Virus record (IMG/VR): IMGVR_UViG_3300020365_000113
Span: 1 to 25,500 of that record
Strand: one strand, 5' to 3'
DNA length: 25,500 nucleotides
DNA from: a virus
Taxonomy: Duplodnaviria > Caudoviricetes
Part shown: positions 1 through 9,609 of the stretch, one piece after another
Layout of the letters: each line of letters begins with the position of its first letter
Numbering within the stretch: the first letter of the stretch is position 1
Made by a program: the position numbers and the translations under genes
The notes under the pieces: model-generated
Seen by the model: the letters and a program-made list of their open reading frames with translations, nothing else
Databases searched by the model: none
What the model was told of the DNA's origin: nothing

Positions 1-1848
1 GCTGGTCCTTCAGGAACTCCTGGTCAAGATGGAACTCCTGGAACTCCTGGTCAAGATGGAACTCCTGGAACTCCTGGAAATGATGGAACTCCTGGTTCGG
101 ATGGTCCTCCAGGACCTTCTGGTGATGCTGGTGCCCCTGGTCCAGCAGGTGATGCTGGAACTCCTGGAAATGATGGAACTCCTGGAAATGATGGAACTCC
201 TGGTGGAACTGGTTCGCCAGGTCCTGATGGTCCACCTGGTCCCCCAGGTGGTGGTGGAATTGAATTATTGACAGCAAAATCAGCAACTGGATCATCAGTA
301 GAATTCACTGGCATCTCCGCAGATGCAAAAGAATTAACATTAATGCTTAGTGAGGTTGGTGTTAGTGGTACTAGTAATCATTTGTTAGTACAATTGGGAA
401 CAAGCTCCAGTTGGATTACTAGTAACTATTATGCTGCTTCTGAAGCAGAAAATGGAAACTATGATATTGCTAGTACTTCTGGATACCCAATCCACAACCG
501 AAATGTTATAACTTCTACTGGTAATCGTTTTACTGGTAACATGATTATCAAGTTGTTCCAAACAAGTCCATCTAAGACTTATACGCAGATTGGACAGTTT
601 AAGCGATATGCAAGTTCTAGCAATGGTGAGAATGTATCTAGTTCATGCCAAACTTTTGGTAATGTAGAATCAATCAGTAGCAGCAGCGATATAACCAGAA
701 TAAGAATACTCGCCAATCACTCATCTGGTAGTCAAACTTTTACAACAGGATCATTCAGTCTTTCATATAAGACTAGTGGCACGGGTCCTGCTCCCGCTGG
801 TCCCTCTGGTCCTCCTGGTCCTGGAGGACCAGCTGGTACTCCTGGTAGTGATGGTCCTCCAGGTCCCGCTGGTCCTCCAGGTCCTCCAGGTGATGATGGT
901 GGAGATGGTGGCGACGGTCCTCCAGGTCCTGCTGGTCCTCCTGGTCCTCCTGGTCCTACAACATCACCTACCCAAATTTACATCAATAGTACAAATGGTA
1001 ATAACGGTGATACCCAAGCATATCCAGTTCATGTGCCAAGTGGATCTACGGGATATCAATCAGCGTTTCTTAACACAAACTATTTTGTAAATCATAATGC
1101 TGGTAATACTTGTCTAAGACTTGCTAGAAATTCTGGTAGTCATAACAGAATAACTCCATTTATTCAGGGCGAATTTAATAATGGTGTTCCCCTTTGGTCA
1201 ATTACTTATGAGAATCAAGCTGCACCTGGTGCTATCTATTTAAATACTGATGGTGTAACTGGAGGTTTTACTGGTGCTAATTTAGGTCTAGCAGCAGAAT
1301 CTGCAGTAAATGTTGCTGTTGGTCATTTTATTGGGCATTCAAGTGGATCATATGATCTAGGATTTAGCAACTATAGATGGAGAAATATTTGGTATAGTGG
1401 AGGTTTGAATAGTAGTTCTGACGAAAGATTAAAAGTTGGTATTACAACATCTTCTCTTGGATTAAATTTCATTAACAGATTAAGACCTGTTTCATACAGA
1501 TTAAAAAATGCATCGAATGAAATAGACAAAAACGAAGATGGATCAATCTCAAGGAAAGAAGATAGTAGAGAGATTAATCTCACTGCTAGATCAGGTGAAA
1601 GAGAGCATTACGGATTGATTGCTCAAGAAGTAAAACAAGCTCTTGACGCTGTTGGAGTTGGATCAACAGGATTTGGTGGATGGTGTTTAGAAGATAAAGA
1701 TGATCCAGATTCAATACAATCTCTGGCTTATCTTGAATTCATTGCACCTATGATAAAATCTATTCAGGAGCAACAAGAGATGATTACTCAGTTGCAAGCA
1801 CAAAATGCAAATCTTCTATCCAGAATAGAATCATTAGAGTCAAATTAA
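1..1848 (+). CDS. Collagen-like tail fibre protein with C-terminal intramolecular chaperone (Peptidase S74); 5'-truncated by window edge
   Basis: Frame 1 is open from base 1 ([14 protein letters not shown]... Gly-X-Y repeats) straight into the 268..1848 ORF. A globular Ser/Thr-rich domain and a second Gly-Pro-X block (~775-960) follow. The C-terminus has SSDERLK, GLIAQEV and a terminal coiled coil typical of S74 chaperones. Confidence 0.88.
   Translation, partial: AGPSGTPGQDGTPGTPGQDGTPGTPGNDGTPGSDGPPGPSGDAGAPGPAGDAGTPGNDGTPGNDGTPGGTGSPGPDGPPGPPGGGGIELLTAKSATGSSVEFTGISADAKELTLMLSEVGVSGTSNHLLVQLGTSSSWITSNYYAASEAENGNYDIASTSGYPIHNRNVITSTGNRFTGNMIIKLFQTSPSKTYTQIGQFKRYASSSNGENVSSSCQTFGNVESISSSSDITRIRILANHSSGSQTFTTGSFSLSYKTSGTGPAPAGPSGPPGPGGPAGTPGSDGPPGPAGPPGPPGDDGGDGGDGPPGPAGPPGPPGPTTSPTQIYINSTNGNNGDTQAYPVHVPSGSTGYQSAFLNTNYFVNHNAGNTCLRLARNSGSHNRITPFIQGEFNNGVPLWSITYENQAAPGAIYLNTDGVTGGFTGANLGLAAESAVNVAVGHFIGHSSGSYDLGFSNYRWRNIWYSGGLNSSSDERLKVGITTSSLGLNFINRLRPVSYRLKNASNEIDKNEDGSISRKEDSREINLTARSGEREHYGLIAQEVKQALDAVGVGSTGFGGWCLEDKDDPDSIQSLAYLEFIAPMIKSIQEQQEMITQLQAQNANLLSRIESLESN
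13..204 (+). repeat. Tandem 9/18-bp collagen-coding repeats (ggaactcct, ggaactcctggaaatgat, ggaactcctggtcaagat)
   Basis: Directly visible; for example ggaactcctggaaatgat occurs twice in tandem at 157-192. Confidence 0.85.
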
Positions 1849-1851
1849 ATA
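1846..1851 (+). promoter_or_regulatory. Putative T4-type late promoter core (TAAATA)
   Basis: TTAAATA overlaps the stop of the upstream gene, ~40 nt before ATG 1889. A GGAGG RBS-like sequence lies near 1871. The motif is short and AT-rich. Confidence 0.5.
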
Positions 1852-1888
1852 ATGATACATAATGAATAAGGGAGGTAAAAAATAAGTT

Positions 1889-3247
1889 ATGTCTAGGATT
1901 AATTTTCCATCAAATCCAAATGTCGGTGATGTATATTCCTTTGGTGGTTCTAGCTGGAGGTGGTCTGGAACTGCTTGGAAAAGAATAGCAGATCCTGGTG
2001 CTCCAGGTCCTGCAGGACCAGATGGTCCACCAGGATTAACTGGTCCATCTGGACCTCCTGGAGCAGATGGTGCTCCTGGAGCAAACGGTTCTGATGGTTC
2101 AGATGGTGCTCCTGGAGTTCCTGGTCCCGTTGGTCCTCCTGGTCCTCCAAACGGTCCACCAGGTCCTGAGGGTCCTGAGGGTCCTCAGGGTCCTACTGGT
2201 CCTCAGGGTCCTATTGGTCCTGCTGGTCCTCTTGGTCCCGTTGGTCCTCCTGGTCCTCCAAACGGTCCACCAGGTCCTCCTGGTCCCGAGGGTCCTCCTG
2301 GTCCTACTGGTACTCCTGGTCCCGTTGGTAATCCTGGTCCTCAAGGTGATGCTGGTCCTCCTGGTCCTGCAGGAGGTCCTCCTGGACCCCCTGGACCCGC
2401 TGGTGGACCTCCTGGTCCTGAGGGTCCTCCTGGTCCTAAAGGTGATGATGGTGATCCTGGTGGAACTGGTCCACCAGGTCCTCAGGGATCTCCTGGTCCT
2501 TCTGGTCCTCCTGGTCCTGGTGGTAGTGGACCTCAAGGTTCTCCTGGTCCTGGTGGTCCTCCTGGTCCTGCTGGTCCGCCTGGTCCTCCTGGTCCTAATG
2601 TAGGTATTCCAGCAGGAGTAATTACAATGTGGTCTGGATCATCAAGCAATATTCCCAGTGGATGGTATCTATGTAATGGTGGCAACGGCACACCAGATTT
2701 AAGAAATAGATTTATTGTTGGCGCTGGTAGCAATTACAGTGTTGGCAATACTGGTGGTAGTGCTGATGCCACACTTGTATCTCACTCTCATACTATCAAT
2801 AATCACACTCACTCTTTTAGTGGTAGTGGCAGTGATTCAGTTAGTATTTCTGGTACTGGTAGTGGAATAACTGGAAGTGGAGATTCTAACCATACTCATA
2901 CATTCTCTACAAACAGTAAAGGAAACCATAGACATGGTATGGATTTTGGTGATGGAACAGATGATCAAGGTGGTTCTGGTCCTAAAGATACTGCTGATTG
3001 GGTTGGAAATTACAACTATAATACCAAGCAAGCAGGACAGCACTCCCACAGTGGAACTACTGCTGGCATGAGCCAAAATCACAAACACGCTTTTGCTTTT
3101 AGTTTTAGTGGAAGTGATAGTGTTAGCATTAGTGTTAGTGGTACTACTGGCAATCCAAATAATAGAGGAACAAGCACACAAGGTTCCTCTGCGACAAATG
3201 CAAACTTACCACCTTACTATGCTCTGTGCTTTATTATGAAAGCATGA
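1889..3247 (+). CDS. Collagen-like short fibre protein with phage tail-collar domain
   Basis: N-terminal [17 protein letters not shown] module, ~200 aa of Gly-Pro-X, then [37 protein letters not shown] (collar), HxH repeats (HSH, HTH, HRH, HKH) and the [13 protein letters not shown] end typical of gp12-like fibres. Confidence 0.88.
   Translation: MSRINFPSNPNVGDVYSFGGSSWRWSGTAWKRIADPGAPGPAGPDGPPGLTGPSGPPGADGAPGANGSDGSDGAPGVPGPVGPPGPPNGPPGPEGPEGPQGPTGPQGPIGPAGPLGPVGPPGPPNGPPGPPGPEGPPGPTGTPGPVGNPGPQGDAGPPGPAGGPPGPPGPAGGPPGPEGPPGPKGDDGDPGGTGPPGPQGSPGPSGPPGPGGSGPQGSPGPGGPPGPAGPPGPPGPNVGIPAGVITMWSGSSSNIPSGWYLCNGGNGTPDLRNRFIVGAGSNYSVGNTGGSADATLVSHSHTINNHTHSFSGSGSDSVSISGTGSGITGSGDSNHTHTFSTNSKGNHRHGMDFGDGTDDQGGSGPKDTADWVGNYNYNTKQAGQHSHSGTTAGMSQNHKHAFAFSFSGSDSVSISVSGTTGNPNNRGTSTQGSSATNANLPPYYALCFIMKA
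2122..2278 (+). repeat. 46-nt exact direct repeat inside the collagen region (2122-2167 and 2233-2278)
   Basis: tggtcccgttggtcctcctggtcctccaaacggtccaccaggtcct is read twice, 111 nt apart. Confidence 0.85.
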
Positions 3248-3253
3248 TATAAT
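3245..3253 (+). promoter_or_regulatory. Possible extended -10 promoter (TGnTATAAT) for the oxygenase
   Basis: TGATATAAT overlaps the stop codon of the collagen gene; no recognisable -35. Confidence 0.4.
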
Positions 3254-3286
3254 ATAGTCCTAGGACTTGTAATATTGATTATTTTA

Positions 3287-3889
3287 ATGGAAGAGTTAAT
3301 TCAAGTGATGAAGATCTTATCTAAGGATGAGGTCAATAAAATTAACAAGTATGTTGATACTTTAGATTTTAATAAAAATTCAGTATTTGGTAAGGATGAT
3401 GGTCCATCCAGAGTAAATGAAGATATTAGATCTAGTGTAGGATCTGCTATGAGTGAAGATGCAGAGGAAACTCACATCTTACATAATGCAATGAATGATG
3501 CTTTAATTAAATATAAGAAAAGGTGTCAAAAAATCCACCCAAACTTTGGTTATGCACCAATGATTGGAGCTCAAGATACAGTATCTTGGAGAGAAGGATT
3601 GCAAGTTCTAGAATATCAAGAAGGACAAAAATATAATTTTCATCATGATGCAGCAACATCAGAAAATATACCAGAGTATCATAGAAAAATATCGATTATT
3701 ACTTACCTAAAAAATGCTGAACAAGGTGGTGGAACATTATTCCCACATGCAGGTTTTAAACCATCTCCAGGTTATGCTTTGATATTTCCATCTAATTGGT
3801 GCTATCCACATTCTGGAGAACCAGTTACAAAAGGGAAAAAAAGAGTTGCTGTTACCTGGTACTATGTACGTAATAGGGTGGCTAAATAA
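3287..3889 (+). CDS. 2OG-Fe(II) oxygenase, prolyl 4-hydroxylase-like
   Basis: LQVLEYQEGQKYNFHHD (HxD), ISIITYL, GGGTLFP, HSGEPVTKGKKRVAVTW (distal His plus 2OG-binding K/R). ATG 3287 preferred over TTG 3275. Confidence 0.88.
   Translation: MEELIQVMKILSKDEVNKINKYVDTLDFNKNSVFGKDDGPSRVNEDIRSSVGSAMSEDAEETHILHNAMNDALIKYKKRCQKIHPNFGYAPMIGAQDTVSWREGLQVLEYQEGQKYNFHHDAATSENIPEYHRKISIITYLKNAEQGGGTLFPHAGFKPSPGYALIFPSNWCYPHSGEPVTKGKKRVAVTWYYVRNRVAK
3883..3888 (+). promoter_or_regulatory. Putative late promoter core (CTAAATA)
   Basis: TAAATA ~36 nt upstream of ATG 3925 of a large structural gene. Confidence 0.55.
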
Positions 3890-3924
3890 AACATAGAAAT
3901 CCACCTGGACAGTAGTATAAGAAG

Positions 3925-6900
3925 ATGCCTCTTAATAAGCTGGAGAACTTTATAAAGAATAGTGAAGGTCGTATTCTTTATGTTAATCCCAATGACCTTG
4001 ATGCCACGGATGGAATTGAAAACCAGGGCAACTCTCTAACTAAACCATTCAAAACGCTTCAAAGAGCGTTAATTGAATCTGCTAGATTCTCTTATTTGAA
4101 GGGTAATGATAATGATATTACCGAAAAAACTACTATCTTATTATTCCCAGGTGAACACTTAGTTGATAACCGCCCAGGATTTGGTATTAAGGATGTAAAC
4201 GGCACTGCTACTGCTATCAGTCCAGGTAGTACAGAATCTGGTGCTCAGAATACTTTAACTCTAACACTAAATTCAAACTTTGATTTAACCCAGGAAGATA
4301 ATATTCTCTATAAGTTCAATAGTACCGAAGGTGGTGTTATTGTTCCCAGAGGTACGTCTATTGTTGGTCTTGACTTAAGAAAGACAAAAATTAGACCTAA
4401 GTATGTACCAAACCCAACTGATGATAATGCAAAACCAACTGCAATCTTTAGGGTAACTGGTGCATGTTATTTCTGGCAGTTCTCTATCTTTGATGGTAAC
4501 GAATCTGCGTTAGTATATACAGATCCTACCAACTTTGACGAGACTAATCAATCTAAACCTATTTTCTCTCACCATAAAGTTACTTGCTTTGAGTATGCTG
4601 ATGGTGTAAACAAGTTAGACAAGTTTGGTGGTCTAACAGATTTGGATGTTTACTATAGTAAACTATCTAATGCATATAACAGAGCATCCATCAGAGACAT
4701 TGATGAGAAGTTCCCTGATAAGGATGGTGGATTTGCAAAGCAAAGACCAGAATTTGAGATTGTTGGTGCTTTCTCTTCTGACCGCTTACAGATTCAAAAT
4801 ATTATTTCTGGTGATGGTAATACTGCTGGTCAAGTAGTTACTGTAACTACAGCAGTTCCTCACCAATTAAGTGGTGGCACTCCTATTAAAATTGAGGGTG
4901 TAAACGATCTTACTTACAATATTTCAACTAAAGTACAGAATGTACTAAATGAGACTCAGTTTACTTATCTACTACCATTTGTACCACCTAACTTGAAAGC
5001 AGGTCCTGCTGGTGGTCTAAGTGCTGGTTCTGCTGAAGTCAGTGTTGAAGTTGATACTGTTACTGGTGCATCACCTTATATCTTTAACATCTCCTTGAGA
5101 TCTGTTCTAGGTATGCAAGGCATGAAGGCGGACGGTGCTAAGGCAACTGGATTCCGCTCTATGGTTGTTGCACAGTTCACGGGTATCTCTCTACAAAAAG
5201 ATGACCGTGCTTTTGTCAAGTATAACCCCAACAGCAGATCTTTTGATGGTATCAGTTATCAAAAGCAAGTTGGTGAAAGATTATCTTCTGAGGCATCTTC
5301 ACTAAACCCTGCAACTGTCTATCACTTAGATAAAGATGCAGTGTATCGAGATGGGTGGAAAACCTCACACATTGCTATTACAAACGATGCTGTTCTACAG
5401 ATCGTTTCGGTATTCGCTATTGGTTATCATAGACATTTCTTTGCAGACACTGGTGGTGATGCTTCTATCACCAACTCAAACTCCAACTTTGGTCAGTTTG
5501 CTCTAGTTGCTGAGGGATTTAAGAAAGAATCTTTTGATAAGGATGATAAAGGTTTCATTACCTCTATTATCGCACCTAAGGCAGTTGTAAGTAGTGAAAC
5601 GGAAGTTGAACTAGGACAGTTTAATAAAGCTATCATCAATAGTGTTGGTTCCAATGAAAAACTATTCCTTCTTGGTCAAAACAATGTAAACAACCTACCA
5701 TCCGAAATTGCACAGGGTTTCAGAATTGGTGCAAGAGTTGGTGAAAAAATCTTCGTTGACCTAAAAGATAGTGGTGGTAATGATATTACACCATCAGCCA
5801 TCATTTCGATGTCTAAGAAAGTTAGTGGTGTAACTCAGACTGTAAATGTAACATCTGAGAAGAATTATGAAGGTGTTCATAATGATACTACTCAAGGTAG
5901 TGCAACACTAATTCATAAAATTACACTATCTAATCTATATGATGCTGGTGCAAAGCATGATCTGAATAATGGTGAATCTATCAGAATCATTGCAGAGAAT
6001 GGAGACCTTCCAGAAGGATTAGATCCACACAGAACTTACTATGCAATTACTTCTGAGAAGAACTCCACAAGAACTGATAACATTGGTCTTACTGATTATG
6101 AAATTCAGATTGCATCCTCTAAAACCAATGCTGAGAGAACCACTCCAGTATACATAAAAACTATTTCCAATCCTGCTGCTGGTAAGTTAAAGATTATCAG
6201 TAGAGTAGCTGATAAAAAACCTGGAGAACTAGGTCACCCAATTCAATTTGATTCTACCGCTGGTAACTGGTTCATCCATGTTCAGGGTGCATCTAATGAA
6301 ATCTATACTAATAGAGCTCAACTAGATGATACTAATGAGGATATTCCATACATTAAGAGAAGAAGTGACGATAGAAGTTTAGATGACAAACTATTCAAAG
6401 TTCGCTATGTAATTCCAAAAGAATTGCAGAACTCTAGAGATCCTAATGATAGTTTCATTATTCAAGACTCTAGTTTCACTAATGTAAGATTTGATTCTGA
6501 TTTCACTAGAACTTCTATTGGTTCTACTGATTATGACTTTAATAGAAATCCAAGATTTATCTCTCATCTATTCTATAACAGTACAACTAGAGTTGCTAGA
6601 ATTAGATCCGATAAAAATCACAATCTAAGAATTGGTGATCAGATTATTGTAAAAAATATTATTGATACTGTTAATACTTCAGGTGCAGGTGATAAGGGTT
6701 TCAACGGTACTTTTGTTGTAACTAATGTTCTAAATTCTAAGACCTTTGAATATGTAACTACTGATGTCTTAGGTAACTCTCGTATTGTTGGTGCATATAC
6801 TAATGATCCAACTACTGCAAGAACAACTGCTCTACCTAGATTTGAGAAGAACAATAACCAAGAAAATCTATTCATCTATAGAACAGAGACTATCCTACCT

Positions 6901-9585
6901 TATATTGAAGGTGCCCAAGATGGTGTCTTCCACCTATATGTTCTAAATGGTGGCAATTCCCTTGAGGAAGAGTTTACTACTTCAAAGTATAATCAGAATG
7001 TTGTAAACCTTTATCCAGAACTTGATAGAGATAACCTCAATGACAATCCACAGGAAGCAGCTAGTTATGCTAAGAGATTCCCGATTGGTGATGTTGTAAC
7101 TAACGATCTTAAGAAGAGTATTACTAGAGAGTCTACTAATAAACTACTGCGTAGTTTTGATGTTGCAAATGAAATCTCTGATGTTGATGACAACACTACT
7201 TCCGCTGTTCTAACATTTAATAGAGAGCATACTTTAAATGGTTTAGTTTCTGCTAGCAGCTTAACTGGCGGTGGTGGTCATACTGATGGTACTTATTATA
7301 ATGTAAAGATCTTTGATGATGCTTCTGCTCCTGCATCTGCTGTATGGAAAGGTGCAACTGCTACTGTAGTAGTTAATGGTGGATCTGTTACTAACTTTAA
7401 GATTGAAGAACCTGGTTCGGGATATACTTCATCACTATCACCTTTATATTTTGATAGCTCACTTCCAGAAGATGGTGGTATTGGTGGAGCACCTAGTGCG
7501 AACATTTCTATTGTCGATTCTAACATTCAACTTGCAACAGGTGATTATGTTCAGGTAACTGGTATTACCACTGGTACTGATAATTATTTCAGAATTCAAG
7601 ATGTTCCAGCAACCAATAAGATTAACATCAAGAAATCTGGACAAGAAACTATTCTAAATGGTCAGAGTGTTGTTAGTGTTGGACCTGTTGCTGAAGTTAG
7701 TGGCACCCCATCTACTTCAAATCAAGTAACTACTATTAGTACAACAAGAGCACATGGATTATCCAAAGGTTCTAAATTTAGAGTTCTTGATACAAATGAC
7801 TCTAATCTAGGTGATTATGTTGTTAGTGAAGTTGTTAGTGTAACTCAGTTTAGACTTTCAAATGCACCATCAAATATAAGTAGTGCAAAATATATCTTGA
7901 AACATGCATTATCATCACATAATGCAAACTCTGGTAGAGATGGTGAAAGTTTGGGTACTAGAGGATTTGGTTTATATGATAATGTTTCTCTAAAACTAAC
8001 CAATGCAATCTCAACTACCGATCAGATTCCAGTTGCTCTACCTGATGGTGGAGGTACTGATGCTGATATTAGAGTAAGATTCCCACTAGGTTCTTATTTC
8101 CAGATTGATGATGAGATTATGAGAGTCGTTGATACGACTTTAGCTAATGGAGTAAAACTAAAAGTTATCCGTGGTGCATTAGGTACTATTGTTGAACCTC
8201 ATGCAAATAATCAACTAGTTAAGAAGATTAAACCTCTTGCGATTGAACTTCGCAGACCTTCTATTCTTCGTGCATCTGGTCATACTTTTGAATATCTTGG
8301 TTATGGACCTGGTAACTATTCAACTGGTTTACCACAGGTACAACTTAAGACTCTAACTGAAAGAGAAGAATTCCTATCACAATCCCAAGAAACTTCTTGT
8401 GGTACTGTTGTTTACACTGGTATGAATGACAAAGGTGATTTCTATATTGGAAACACCAAGATTTCATCTGACTCTGGTGAGCAGGTAACCTTTGATATTC
8501 CCGTTCCAACTGTAACTGGTGAAGATCCAAGTAGACTCAGTGTTGTCTTTGATGAAGTTATTGTTAAGGATAGACTACTTGTTGAAGGTGGAACATCTAA
8601 ACAAATTCTATCTCAGTTTGATGGTCCTGTTACCTTCAACGGTAAAGTAAGATTTAACAGAGATTTGAGAATTACATCAAATCTAACTGTTGATGGTGTC
8701 GGCAGATTTACTAATGAAGCACAAGCAAATACTTCATGTGACAATGCTGCATCAGGTAGCTTAATTGTTGAGGGTGGTATCTCAGTTGGTAAGGCACTAT
8801 CTAGAGGAAATAACCAAAGTAGAGCGATTACCGTAATGAACGGTACTGTTAAACTATGTGATACTACTGCTGCATCAGCTGGAAGTCAGGGTTCATTAGT
8901 AGTTGATGGTGGTGTAACTATTAACGGCACGGGTGCTGCATTATATGTTGAAGGTAGTAGTTTCTTTAACCAAACGGCAAGATTCGGTTCAAATAGTGCC
9001 TCAAGCTCACTTGAAGTAGGTCTTCGACCCATTACCGATGCTGCTGCTAATGGTGGTGCGGGTGTAGCACTTGGATCTGCATCATTTGCATTTGCTGAAG
9101 CACACATTGGTAGGATTCAAATTGGTGTATATGATGGTACTCCTGATAATGGAAATCAGCATATTACAACTAGATCTGGACCATTAAGATTAAACTCTGC
9201 CTCTGGTGATATTGAATTAAAAGGTGACATACTTGTAACAGGGAAATCTACATTTGAGGATGATGTTTTAATTGAAGGAGATTTGAATGTTACTAAGGAT
9301 ATTACTGCATTCTACCAATCATCCGATAGAAATCTGAAGAAGAATATTAAACCAATCCCAGATGCTCTAGCAAAAATTCTATCTATAAGTGGAAATACTT
9401 ATGAAATGATTGCTGATGGTTCTGCAAGTACTGGTGTAATCGCACAAGAACTGGAAGCACTTGGTCTTCCCGAACTAACTAGAGTTAATGAGAATGGATA
9501 CTTATCAGTTCAGTATCACAAAATCATTCCTATTCTAATTGAAGCAATCAAAGAACTCAATTCTAAGGTTGACGCTTTATCATAA
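3925..9585 (+). CDS. Large virion structural / long tail fibre protein with C-terminal S74 chaperone
   Basis: 1886-aa ORF. The N-terminus (ILYVNPNDLDATD..NQGNSLTKPFKTLQRAL) is recalled from conserved cyanomyovirus structural proteins. Beta-rich Gly/Ser/Thr fibre repeats (GSLIVEGGISVG, GSLVVDGGV) and a C-terminal SSDRNLKKNIKPI...GVIAQE...LIEAIKEL. Confidence 0.85.
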   Translation: MPLNKLENFIKNSEGRILYVNPNDLDATDGIENQGNSLTKPFKTLQRALIESARFSYLKGNDNDITEKTTILLFPGEHLVDNRPGFGIKDVNGTATAISPGSTESGAQNTLTLTLNSNFDLTQEDNILYKFNSTEGGVIVPRGTSIVGLDLRKTKIRPKYVPNPTDDNAKPTAIFRVTGACYFWQFSIFDGNESALVYTDPTNFDETNQSKPIFSHHKVTCFEYADGVNKLDKFGGLTDLDVYYSKLSNAYNRASIRDIDEKFPDKDGGFAKQRPEFEIVGAFSSDRLQIQNIISGDGNTAGQVVTVTTAVPHQLSGGTPIKIEGVNDLTYNISTKVQNVLNETQFTYLLPFVPPNLKAGPAGGLSAGSAEVSVEVDTVTGASPYIFNISLRSVLGMQGMKADGAKATGFRSMVVAQFTGISLQKDDRAFVKYNPNSRSFDGISYQKQVGERLSSEASSLNPATVYHLDKDAVYRDGWKTSHIAITNDAVLQIVSVFAIGYHRHFFADTGGDASITNSNSNFGQFALVAEGFKKESFDKDDKGFITSIIAPKAVVSSETEVELGQFNKAIINSVGSNEKLFLLGQNNVNNLPSEIAQGFRIGARVGEKIFVDLKDSGGNDITPSAIISMSKKVSGVTQTVNVTSEKNYEGVHNDTTQGSATLIHKITLSNLYDAGAKHDLNNGESIRIIAENGDLPEGLDPHRTYYAITSEKNSTRTDNIGLTDYEIQIASSKTNAERTTPVYIKTISNPAAGKLKIISRVADKKPGELGHPIQFDSTAGNWFIHVQGASNEIYTNRAQLDDTNEDIPYIKRRSDDRSLDDKLFKVRYVIPKELQNSRDPNDSFIIQDSSFTNVRFDSDFTRTSIGSTDYDFNRNPRFISHLFYNSTTRVARIRSDKNHNLRIGDQIIVKNIIDTVNTSGAGDKGFNGTFVVTNVLNSKTFEYVTTDVLGNSRIVGAYTNDPTTARTTALPRFEKNNNQENLFIYRTETILPYIEGAQDGVFHLYVLNGGNSLEEEFTTSKYNQNVVNLYPELDRDNLNDNPQEAASYAKRFPIGDVVTNDLKKSITRESTNKLLRSFDVANEISDVDDNTTSAVLTFNREHTLNGLVSASSLTGGGGHTDGTYYNVKIFDDASAPASAVWKGATATVVVNGGSVTNFKIEEPGSGYTSSLSPLYFDSSLPEDGGIGGAPSANISIVDSNIQLATGDYVQVTGITTGTDNYFRIQDVPATNKINIKKSGQETILNGQSVVSVGPVAEVSGTPSTSNQVTTISTTRAHGLSKGSKFRVLDTNDSNLGDYVVSEVVSVTQFRLSNAPSNISSAKYILKHALSSHNANSGRDGESLGTRGFGLYDNVSLKLTNAISTTDQIPVALPDGGGTDADIRVRFPLGSYFQIDDEIMRVVDTTLANGVKLKVIRGALGTIVEPHANNQLVKKIKPLAIELRRPSILRASGHTFEYLGYGPGNYSTGLPQVQLKTLTEREEFLSQSQETSCGTVVYTGMNDKGDFYIGNTKISSDSGEQVTFDIPVPTVTGEDPSRLSVVFDEVIVKDRLLVEGGTSKQILSQFDGPVTFNGKVRFNRDLRITSNLTVDGVGRFTNEAQANTSCDNAASGSLIVEGGISVGKALSRGNNQSRAITVMNGTVKLCDTTAASAGSQGSLVVDGGVTINGTGAALYVEGSSFFNQTARFGSNSASSSLEVGLRPITDAAANGGAGVALGSASFAFAEAHIGRIQIGVYDGTPDNGNQHITTRSGPLRLNSASGDIELKGDILVTGKSTFEDDVLIEGDLNVTKDITAFYQSSDRNLKKNIKPIPDALAKILSISGNTYEMIADGSASTGVIAQELEALGLPELTRVNENGYLSVQYHKIIPILIEAIKELNSKVDALS

Positions 9586-9591
9586 TAAATA
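9586..9591 (+). promoter_or_regulatory. Putative late promoter core (ATAAATA)
   Basis: Intergenic ATAAATA 18 nt upstream of ATG 9610. Confidence 0.6.
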
Positions 9592-9609
9592 ACTAAAAAA
9601 TTAGTATAA

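Noticed and set aside
268-270. TTG start at 268
   Set aside because: The frame is open from base 1 with continuous collagen sequence; the true start lies upstream of the window.
13-2600. Short repeats as a possible CRISPR array or DGR template/variable repeat
   Set aside because: Repeats are in-frame collagen codons with no unique spacers; no cas or reverse transcriptase gene and no adenine-specific mismatch pattern.
29-2733. Leu/Val-rich and Arg/Thr-rich ORFs (29..271, 51..314, 776..1090, 1950..2159, 2067..2603, 2099..2536, 2533..2733)
   Set aside because: Shadow frames and antisense reads of ggt-cct collagen repeats, which lack stop codons by construction.
3906-3927. TGGACAGTAG... as a further palindrome copy
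   Set aside because: Only the left arm matches and there is no -10 at the expected distance.
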